From Candidatus Nanohaloarchaea archaeon (GTDB lineage: Archaea > Nanohalarchaeota > Nanosalinia > Nanosalinales > Nanosalinaceae), in the NCBI GenBank assembly GCA_041639695.1, contig JBEQBQ010000011.1, forward strand, positions 1 to 34,082: DNA of 34,082 nucleotides, written 5' to 3'. The stretch's first letter is position 1. Each line of letters begins with the position of its first letter. The position numbers were made by a program, and so were the translations under genes. This document shows, one piece after another, positions 1-7,547 of the stretch. The notes below the pieces were generated by a model. It was not told where the DNA came from. It saw only the letters and a program-made list of their open reading frames with translations, and did not search any database.

Positions 1-1326
1 ACGGAAAGAGTTCAGGTATTTCTGTTTGTGGTCGAAGCCGTTATTCTTTGCGAGTCTTGAGATTGCTTTATCGAAGTTTGAGCCGTACTGGGCTGCCGTC
101 TTCTTCCGCCAAGCAACCTTTTCCGGTACACCCAATTTTTCAGCAGCTTTACGCAGAACATACTTCCTGTAATCTTCTCTCACTTTGTAGTCTTCCGGTA
201 TTGTTAATGCGTGTTCAATTAGTTCGTGGTCGAGAAACGGAAGCCTTAGTTCGTAGCCGTTCCTGAAACTGATTACGTTATCCCTGTAGAGATCACCCTC
301 AAAGATCCTTCTTAGTCCTGATAGACATTCTTTATTGAGGTAGCCTTGTTGTCTGTGGTAACCTGCGTAGAGCTGTTCGGAACCAAGACCGGACATAACA
401 ACCTTCTCGTTTCCGTTTAATGCAAAGTGGAAAGGAAGTGCAACACCGTTCTTTACTACAGAAGTAGATGAAATCCAGTCAGCAATCTTTGGTAACTCTT
501 TCTCTACTCCTTCCAAATCGGCTTCATAGCTTTCAAGCCCTATATCCATCTCTTCAGCTATTTCTTCCGCCCACTCCATGTCTCTCGGAGCGTTAACGTT
601 TCCGTGCTGTATTCCTGATGTATACGCAGTAAAGTCTTTTCCTATTTCTTGTAAGGCAGCTGCGATTAACGTAGAATCGACGCCTCCTGAGAAAAGCAGG
701 CCTAGTTCGCCTTCAGGCACTCTCTTCTCTACAGCTTCTAGGAACTTCTCCTTAATCTCTTCGGCCGCTTCTTCTACCTCTTTTTCTTCCTTTACATCTA
801 TCTCGAAAAATTCACGTCGCTCAAAACTTACCTTGTTCTCCTCAATATCGTATTTCAGTATCTGCCTTGGATGAAGTTCTTTAGGCTCTAAACCTTGTTT
901 TTCTAGGACCTGTTTTTCTGAAGCAAACACAAAAGGATCTTCGGAGTACCAGACAGGGTTTACTCCAAGCAAGTCACGTGCTAAAATTATTTCATTATCT
1001 TCTCTGTATGCGAATGCGTATATCCCGTCAATCTCTTCCAGAGCTTTCAAACCTTCATTTTCGAGAAGTTTGTGGAGCAGCTCTGCATCGTTTTCAACGT
1101 TAAACCCGTGTTCGTCAGCAATTTCTTTCCAGGTGTATATTTCGCAGTTCGCGATTAAAACTCCTTGATCCTCTAAAGGCTGTTCTACATCTCCGACTAC
1201 CGAGTGAAGTACGTGACCTAGCGAGAAGGTATTCGAAACCGTTTTGACCGAGCTGCCCCTGTGCTTTAGCTGTTCAACTATTTTTTCTACTGTTTCAAGG
1301 TTTTCTGCTCCCGCTATACCACACAT
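1..1326 (-). CDS. Asparagine synthetase (glutamine-hydrolysing)-like protein; 3' end runs off the window; possibly fused to diphthine-ammonia ligase
   Basis: Not in the ORF track. Manual translation from ATG at 1326 gives the Ntn-amidotransferase start MCGIAG, then HRG, RDLLGVNP, the PP-loop FSGGVDS and RKKTAAQYGS. The frame is still open at position 1. Confidence 0.88.
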   Translation of the reverse strand, partial: MCGIAGAENLETVEKIVEQLKHRGSSVKTVSNTFSLGHVLHSVVGDVEQPLEDQGVLIANCEIYTWKEIADEHGFNVENDAELLHKLLENEGLKALEEIDGIYAFAYREDNEIILARDLLGVNPVWYSEDPFVFASEKQVLEKQGLEPKELHPRQILKYDIEENKVSFERREFFEIDVKEEKEVEEAAEEIKEKFLEAVEKRVPEGELGLLFSGGVDSTLIAAALQEIGKDFTAYTSGIQHGNVNAPRDMEWAEEIAEEMDIGLESYEADLEGVEKELPKIADWISSTSVVKNGVALPFHFALNGNEKVVMSGLGSEQLYAGYHRQQGYLNKECLSGLRRIFEGDLYRDNVISFRNGYELRLPFLDHELIEHALTIPEDYKVREDYRKYVLRKAAEKLGVPEKVAWRKKTAAQYGSNFDKAISRLAKNNGFDHKQKYLNSFR

Positions 1327-1379
1327 GAAAACCGGTTTTCGGTCGAAGACTTTTATTCGAACCTTGTGATTTCTTTCAT

Positions 1380-1577
1380 ATGAAGGACCGACTTGAACAC
1401 GCACTTCACGAAAACGGCGAGTTAATGGTTCTAACCGATTCTGGCGAAGAACACGAGCTACACAAGCATAACTGTGAGTTCCACGATGATGGTTTTATCG
1501 AGATAGACGCCGCAGACAAAATTCACTGGCTAAACAGCAATAAGATAGAACGTTACTGGATCCATAAGGATTTTTAG
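1380..1577 (+). CDS. Small acidic His-rich hypothetical protein (65 aa)
   Basis: ATG ORF divergent from the asnB-like gene and filling the gap; acidic composition typical of the genome; 8 His residues. Confidence 0.7.
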   Translation: MKDRLEHALHENGELMVLTDSGEEHELHKHNCEFHDDGFIEIDAADKIHWLNSNKIERYWIHKDF

Positions 1578-1580
1578 ATT

Positions 1581-2177
1581 TTAACCAAGGCTTAGGCTCT
1601 GTTCGAACCATGTGTGGAGAGAGCCCTCATTCGCACCTCCAGGCGCAGTAACAGTGTAAGTAGAACCCTCAGGGACTATACAGCTCCCGCAAACGAATTC
1701 TGTATCGGCAGAGCCTCCAGACGTCTGAACTACAAGCTTTCCGTCCACCTTGATATGGACAGCACCTTCGTCGTAACCGTTGTCATCAGCATTAACATAA
1801 ACGACTAGAGGGCCACCTGTATCATTAGTGTACTGAGTGTCAACTGATCTGCTGGATGTAACCTCCCCGGGCGACTCCGCTTGGACCGAATTTGCCGTGT
1901 TGAAAAGCCCTCCTTCCCATATATTCGTGCCATCTTGGGTAATTGTCTGCCCTGTTAAACGAAGAGAACTAGCCGACGTTATTCCCAGCGCACCGGCCCC
2001 TAAAGCCCCCAAACCAATTTTCTTCAGGAATCCTCGTCTAGAAACCGACTCCGAGTCCCCCTTCTCATTTTTAGATAGACCTTCTTGCTTAATTTCTTTA
2101 CGTAATTTATCTTTCTCTTCATTAAGCCTTTTCTCAATCTCTTCCTGCACAACTTCCCTTATTTCATCAGAGGACAT
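1581..2177 (-). CDS. Twin-arginine-motif exported/anchored protein with a phage tail-fibre-like C-terminal beta domain
   Basis: SRRGFLK followed by hydrophobic IGLGALGAGALGIT; C-terminal RSVDTQYTNDTGGPLVVYV...IVPEGSTY. Start placed at ATG 2177 to avoid overlap with nucS. Confidence 0.7.
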   Translation of the reverse strand: MSSDEIREVVQEEIEKRLNEEKDKLRKEIKQEGLSKNEKGDSESVSRRGFLKKIGLGALGAGALGITSASSLRLTGQTITQDGTNIWEGGLFNTANSVQAESPGEVTSSRSVDTQYTNDTGGPLVVYVNADDNGYDEGAVHIKVDGKLVVQTSGGSADTEFVCGSCIVPEGSTYTVTAPGGANEGSLHTWFEQSLSLG

Positions 2178-2220
2178 AAACCGAATTTTTGACCAGCCAA
2201 ATATAATAACTAAGCAAATC

Positions 2221-3006
2221 TTAGGTTTCGTACCCTGAATCAAAGTCACTTAGCCCTCTCTGAGAATTATCGACACCCTCATAAGAAGCAATAACATCCT
2301 CCATATCGACTTCGACAAATTCAAGACCTCTCTCCTCCAAGTAATCTAGAACCTTTTCAGTCATCTTTGGAGCTACTAGGATCCCTCTTATCTCTCCAGA
2401 AAACTCGTCCTCTATCTCCTCAACATATCTTTGGAGCTGGAGGACAGTATTGTAGTCCGGATTCCTTTTAACTTCTATAACTGTATAGTTCTCCTCTTTG
2501 TCTCTTGCGAAGACATCGATAAATCCTGCTGGAGTCTCCTTCTCCCTTTCAACTACTTTCAGACCTTCTTCTACTATTTCCGGCTCTTCTTCTATCGATT
2601 CATGTATATCAACTTCATGACCTCTAATCTTGAGGTCGGATTTGTCGACTAGCTGTGTTACAATTACTGCTTCAATCTCTTCAAACCTTATCTCGACGAG
2701 TTCGTCCGGGTTCTTCCTTCTGGCCTCTAGAAGCAGTTCATCGTTTTCCTTGTCTACTTCAACAGAATAGGAATCAACTTCAGGCTGCCAGTTTTTCGGC
2801 TGGTAGTTTTCCGGACCATGTACAAGTAAGGCAGAGTCCTGTTTCTTTATGACCAGTCTTTCACCTCTGTCAAGTTTTGAGGCAGCTCTTCCTTGGTAGT
2901 TGACCGAACAGAGTCCGTTGACTTGAACGGTGACGTCTCTGATCAGGTATTCCTCCAGTGCTTTCTTTGCTTCTTCGAATCCTGGTTTTCTGAGAAGTTC
3001 TTTCAT
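2221..3006 (-). CDS. nucS: Endonuclease NucS/EndoMS (mismatch-specific)
   Basis: CSVNYQGRAASKL, LLVH, PKNWQP, and PD-(D/E)xK core GFIDVFARD...VIEVKR...QLQRY, RGILVAP. Confidence 0.95.
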   Translation of the reverse strand: MKELLRKPGFEEAKKALEEYLIRDVTVQVNGLCSVNYQGRAASKLDRGERLVIKKQDSALLVHGPENYQPKNWQPEVDSYSVEVDKENDELLLEARRKNPDELVEIRFEEIEAVIVTQLVDKSDLKIRGHEVDIHESIEEEPEIVEEGLKVVEREKETPAGFIDVFARDKEENYTVIEVKRNPDYNTVLQLQRYVEEIEDEFSGEIRGILVAPKMTEKVLDYLEERGLEFVEVDMEDVIASYEGVDNSQRGLSDFDSGYET

Positions 3007-3157
3007 GTTAATTTTGGAGTTTCACTAATCGTTTTATTCTGTTCCCTCAGTTCCGAAATCATTTCGTAGAAGAAAAGTTATGTCGATGAATGTTTCTCCT
3101 AACCTATTATAGTGTGAAGAGCTGGTTTTAAGCTAAGGTTTCGCATCTTCTCAACCC

Positions 3158-3829
3158 ATGGACTACAGGATCAAGGACCTGCCCCGATCCGAACAGCCAC
3201 GACAGAAACTGCAGGACCACGGAGTAGGCTCATTAACGGAGGCAGAACTTCTCTCACTCATACTTAGAACAGGTACCGAGGGAAAGAACGTCGAAGAGCT
3301 GTCTTCCGAAATACTCGGGTCCTACACCGTTTCAAGCCTTGCAGACAGGAAACTCGAGGAACTCAAACAGTTCCGGGGTATTTCCGATGTAAAGGCATCA
3401 CAAGTTCTTGCGGTAGGTGAACTCTCACGCAGGATGCAAAATGAGAAACAAGAAACAATCGATTGCTTTTCAGACCTCAAGAACCTTGTTCAGGACATGA
3501 AATACCTTGAAACAGAGGAGCTTAGGCTATTTCTTCTCTCATCCGGCAACAAAGTACTTGGAAAACATACTTTTGAGGGCCGTGTCGACAGCGTGAACTT
3601 CAGCTTCCGCGAAATATTTAGGGAGGCCGTAAGATCAAACGCTGCGGCAGTAATAATGGCTCACAACCACCCTTCAGGATATTCAAGACCTACCGAGAAA
3701 GATGTCGAGACTACTCGAAAGATGATTGAACTAGGGCAAAAACTCGACGTAAAGCTACTGGATCATGTCATAATTGGCGAAGACGTTTCAAGCATGAGGC
3801 AGGCGAGCCGGCTTGAATTCGACTCCTGA
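3158..3829 (+). CDS. radC: RadC/UPF0758 JAB-domain protein
   Basis: EQPRQKL...LTEAELLSLILRTG N-terminus, HhH GISDVKA, JAB motif HNHPSG-x-PT-x-x-D, LLDHVII. Confidence 0.93.
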   Translation: MDYRIKDLPRSEQPRQKLQDHGVGSLTEAELLSLILRTGTEGKNVEELSSEILGSYTVSSLADRKLEELKQFRGISDVKASQVLAVGELSRRMQNEKQETIDCFSDLKNLVQDMKYLETEELRLFLLSSGNKVLGKHTFEGRVDSVNFSFREIFREAVRSNAAAVIMAHNHPSGYSRPTEKDVETTRKMIELGQKLDVKLLDHVIIGEDVSSMRQASRLEFDS

Positions 3830-3868
3830 AGTACCTCCTTTAATACCTTTCGGCTATACCCTCCCACC

Positions 3869-3876
3869 TATTTAAA
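3869..3876 (+). promoter_or_regulatory. Putative TATA box of the rpo operon
   Basis: TATTTAAA preceded by a C-rich tract; similar motifs precede other core genes. Confidence 0.5.
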
Positions 3877-3941
3877 GTTTACTTCGGTCATTCTAGAATG
3901 TAGCTTCTCAAAATACAGTATCTCGCGCGAGGCTTTCAAAA

Positions 3942-4178
3942 ATGGCAATGGATGTATCAGAACACGAGGCAGTTCCACAACATAGAAAACTCGAGGAGGA
4001 CGAAGTTGAAGAGGTTCTCGAAAAGTACGACGCAGACAGGAGCGATCTACCTAATATAGAAAGGACAGACGCTGCCTTGAAGCAGATGGACGTCGAAGTA
4101 GACGACGTCATCGAAATTGTACGTGAAAGCCCAACCGCAGGAGAATCAGTCTACTACAGAGTCGTAGTCGAGCCGTAG
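3942..4178 (+). CDS. rpoH: RNA polymerase subunit H (Rpo5)
   Basis: HEAVPQH, LPNI..TD, EIVRESPTAGESVYYRVV; first gene of the rpo cluster. Confidence 0.96.
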   Translation: MAMDVSEHEAVPQHRKLEEDEVEEVLEKYDADRSDLPNIERTDAALKQMDVEVDDVIEIVRESPTAGESVYYRVVVEP

Positions 4179-4186
4179 GTGACATA

Positions 4187-5644
4187 ATGCAGAGAGAATT
4201 CCTAGACCAGCTGATCAATCGCAACATCGTCAAACACCAAGTAGAATCATACAACCGTTTCGTCGAAGAACGCGTTACCGCAATTCTTAACGAAGTCGGC
4301 GAGATCAAACCGGAGCTTCCGGACGGCGAAGAACTTGTTATCAAGATCGTCGACGTAAATATTGAAAGACCTAAGATCAACGAAGCTGACGGCTCAGTAA
4401 GAAAGATTACACCTAAGGAAGCCCGTATGCGAGATCTTACATACTCTTCCGAAATTAAAGTTAAGATGACACCGATCTTCGAAGGAGTCCAGCAGGAATC
4501 CGAAGAAGTAACAATCGGAGAGATCCCTGTCATGGTCGGCTCAGACCTTTGCTGGTCAAGCGACTGGGACGAACAAGAAAAAAGAGAACACGGGGAAGAT
4601 CCTGAAGACCCTGGAGCATACTTCATCATCAACGGATCTGAAAAGACGTTGATCTGTATGGAAGAAATGGTTAACAACAAGCCAATCTACCAGGACGATG
4701 ACGGAGAGCAGACATGTAGAATTAACTCGGAGAACCAAGGCTACGTACAGAGACACGTTCTAAGAAGAGACGGCGACGTAGTAAACATTTCATTCGCGAA
4801 CGTAAAGAAAACCCCTGCAGTATCACTTCTCAGAGCGCTCGGCCTAGAGACCGACAAGGAAATCGTTGAAGCTATTGGAGAAGAGTATGCTTCCGAGGTC
4901 TACCTCAACATGTACGAGACAGGTGCCTCCAACAAGGAAGAAGCTTACGAATACGTAGCTAACCAGGCCGGAATCACTAACGACATCGAGGAAAGAGTCG
5001 ATTCAATCCTTGACGAATACCTTCTACCACACCTAGGACAGGAACCGGATGTAAGAGAAGAGAAAGCAGAGTTCCTTGCAACACTTATCAGGAACACTAT
5101 TGCGCTAGGCAAAGGAGACATCACGGAGGACGACATGGACCACTACGCTAACAAGAGGCTCAACTTGGCAGGAGAGCTACTTGAAATGCAGTTCAGGTCT
5201 GTCTTCCTAGGAAAATGGGGTCTTCTGGCAAGAATGAAATACAACTTCAGAAAATCAGCTAAGAGAGGACGTCTACCATCACTTCAGTCGACAATCGTTT
5301 CCGACACCCTTACAAAACAGATTATGGGAGCTATGGCTACAGGAAACTGGGTGGGCGGAAGAACAGGTATCTGCCAGAGACTTGACAGAGGAAACAGGAT
5401 CAAGACACTAGCACACCTAAGAAACGTTGTCTCCCCACTCAGCTCGGAGAGACAGCACTTCGAGGCCAGAGACCTTCACCCAACACAGTGGGGAAGAATC
5501 GGACCGATCAAGACGCCGGAAGGTATGAACATCGGACTCCGAACACACCTGGCTATGTCCGCAAACGTTTCAACCGGACTCAACGACATGGAGAAGAACT
5601 CGCTGAAGGCCCAGCTCGCGGACATCGGGCTGGACACGATGTAG
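4187..5644 (+). CDS. rpoB2: RNA polymerase subunit B'' (Rpo2N)
   Basis: HQVESYN, EARMRDLTYS, DPGAYFIING, DHYANKRL, ARDLHPTQWG, TPEG; SD AGGTGA upstream. Confidence 0.97.
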   Translation: MQREFLDQLINRNIVKHQVESYNRFVEERVTAILNEVGEIKPELPDGEELVIKIVDVNIERPKINEADGSVRKITPKEARMRDLTYSSEIKVKMTPIFEGVQQESEEVTIGEIPVMVGSDLCWSSDWDEQEKREHGEDPEDPGAYFIINGSEKTLICMEEMVNNKPIYQDDDGEQTCRINSENQGYVQRHVLRRDGDVVNISFANVKKTPAVSLLRALGLETDKEIVEAIGEEYASEVYLNMYETGASNKEEAYEYVANQAGITNDIEERVDSILDEYLLPHLGQEPDVREEKAEFLATLIRNTIALGKGDITEDDMDHYANKRLNLAGELLEMQFRSVFLGKWGLLARMKYNFRKSAKRGRLPSLQSTIVSDTLTKQIMGAMATGNWVGGRTGICQRLDRGNRIKTLAHLRNVVSPLSSERQHFEARDLHPTQWGRIGPIKTPEGMNIGLRTHLAMSANVSTGLNDMEKNSLKAQLADIGLDTM

Positions 5645-5656
5645 GTGATCAGAAAA

Positions 5657-5737
5657 ATGAGAAAAAATACTATGAACAAGAAACTAGAAACGAACGAAAA
5701 TTTCAGAAACAACGAAGAGGTGAACAAGCTTGACTAA
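5657..5737 (+). CDS. Putative 26-aa mini-ORF (MRKNTMNKKLETNENFRNNEEVNKLD) between the rpoB halves
   Basis: AGGTGAT SD at 5643-5649 in front of ATG 5657; its stop overlaps the first codons of rpoB'. Confidence 0.35.
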   Translation: MRKNTMNKKLETNENFRNNEEVNKLD

Positions 5738-7535
5738 AGTATTCTTGGATGGAGAGATCATCGATGAGATAGATGAACCTGATGACATCAAGGAATCTCT
5801 CATCGAGAAGAGAAGAAGCGGAGAGATCGACAAACAGGTATCGGTCTACTACGCAGAAGACAAGGACGAGGTAAGAATTAACTCAGATGCAGGACGAGTT
5901 CAGAGACCTGTCATAATTGTCGAAGACGGAGAGCCTCAGATGGGCGAAGAGCAGGAAGAAAAACTGAAGAACGGGGAAATCACTCTTCAAGATCTCGAAG
6001 AGGAAGGAGTTATCGAGTACATCGATGCAGAGGAAGAGGAAAACACCTACGTCGCGATGGATGAAGACGAAGTTACCGAAGAACATACACACATGGAGAT
6101 CGATCCCGCGATCACCCATGGAATCTCCGCATCTCTAGTTGTATTCCCACAGCACAACAGAGGAGACCGTGTCAACTTCGGAGCTAAGATGAGCGGCCAG
6201 GGAATCGGAATGCATACCAGAGAGTTCCACCAGAGATTCGACACCAACGCAAACGTTCTTTCCTACCCTCAGCAACCAATCACAGAGACACAGACATACG
6301 ACACACTGCTTGAGAACCATCCGATCGGCCAGAACATGGTTGTGGCCCTTGCTTCTTTCGACGGCTACAACATCGAGGACTCCGTCATCATGAACAAGTC
6401 CTCTGTTGACAGAGGAATCGCAAGATCTACGTACATGCGCACATACAAGACGGAAGCCCAGAGATTCTGGGGAGGACAGAAAGACGAAATCGGGGTACCT
6501 AACAAGGATGTTAGGGGATACAGATCCGAAGACGCTTACTCCCATCTTGACCAGGACGGAATCGTCAACCCTGAGACAGAGGTAGAATCCGATAATGTTC
6601 TAGTCGGAAAGACCTCACCACCTAAGTTCCTTGGATCAGGAAGCACCAGCGATGAAGTAAAGATGGGGCTTGCTGACAGAAGAGAGACCTCTCTAACTGT
6701 AAGACACGGAGAGGAAGGAAAGGTCGACCACGTCATGGTTTCAGAGACCGGCGAGGGCGACAAACTGATCAAGATGAAACTCAGGAACTACAGAATCCCT
6801 GAATTAGGCGACAAGTTTGCTACAAGACACGGACAGAAGGGTGTCGTAGGAATGATCGCACCTGAAGAGAACATGCCGTTCACAAAACAGGGAATCACAC
6901 CAGACATGATTCTTTCGACCCACGCTATCCCAAGCCGTATGACAGTGTCACAGCTGATCGAGATTATCGGCGGAAAAGTCGGAGCACTGCGTGGAGAGAA
7001 GGTCGACGGAACAGCATTCCACTCAGAAGACAAGGACGATCTAAGAGACCAGCTGGAAGACCTTGGATTCGAATCCAACGGTAAGGAAGTCATGTATGAC
7101 GGAGTTACCGGCGAGAAGATGGAAGCAGAGATTTTGATCGGTCCAGGATACTACCTGAAGCTCGACCACCAGGTCGGCGACAAGATCCACGCAAGAGCCA
7201 GAGGACCTGTAACACTACTTACAAAGCAGCCTACCGAAGGACGCTCTCAGGAAGGAGGACTAAGACTGGGAGAGATGGAAAAGGACGTCTTCGTAGGACA
7301 CGGAGCTTCGCTCCTGCTTAAGGAGAGATTTGGAGCCGACTCCACAGAGATCTATGTAGACGAAGACACCGGAGAGATCGGTTACTACGACAAAGAGAAA
7401 GACTTACGTGTGAAGCCTGGCGGCGAGCCGGGAGACCTCGACAAGACAGAGGTACCACACGCATTCCTCCTACTATTGAACGAGTTGAAATCACTCATGA
7501 TAGACACGGAAATCAACCTGGAGGACGAAGAATAG
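5730..7535 (+). CDS. rpoB1: RNA polymerase subunit B' (Rpo2C), TTG start
   Basis: GYNIEDS, GDKFATRHGQKG, HAIPSRMT, KIHAR, QPTEGRSQEGGLRLGEME; SD GAGGTGA before TTG. Confidence 0.97.
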   Translation: MTKVFLDGEIIDEIDEPDDIKESLIEKRRSGEIDKQVSVYYAEDKDEVRINSDAGRVQRPVIIVEDGEPQMGEEQEEKLKNGEITLQDLEEEGVIEYIDAEEEENTYVAMDEDEVTEEHTHMEIDPAITHGISASLVVFPQHNRGDRVNFGAKMSGQGIGMHTREFHQRFDTNANVLSYPQQPITETQTYDTLLENHPIGQNMVVALASFDGYNIEDSVIMNKSSVDRGIARSTYMRTYKTEAQRFWGGQKDEIGVPNKDVRGYRSEDAYSHLDQDGIVNPETEVESDNVLVGKTSPPKFLGSGSTSDEVKMGLADRRETSLTVRHGEEGKVDHVMVSETGEGDKLIKMKLRNYRIPELGDKFATRHGQKGVVGMIAPEENMPFTKQGITPDMILSTHAIPSRMTVSQLIEIIGGKVGALRGEKVDGTAFHSEDKDDLRDQLEDLGFESNGKEVMYDGVTGEKMEAEILIGPGYYLKLDHQVGDKIHARARGPVTLLTKQPTEGRSQEGGLRLGEMEKDVFVGHGASLLLKERFGADSTEIYVDEDTGEIGYYDKEKDLRVKPGGEPGDLDKTEVPHAFLLLLNELKSLMIDTEINLEDEE

Positions 7536-7547
7536 AGGTGACCAAGC

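Noticed and set aside
48-874. Plus-strand ORFs 48-266 and 578-874
   Set aside because: Antisense shadows of the asnB-like gene.
3922-3931. Palindrome CTCGCGCGAG before rpoH
   Set aside because: Single 10-bp occurrence, too weak to call an operator.
5488-5733. 81-aa alternative-frame ORF suggesting a frameshift that joins rpoB'' and rpoB'
   Set aside because: It stops at 5733 and is not in frame with rpoB'. The B''/B' split is a known archaeal feature, and both genes have their own SD.
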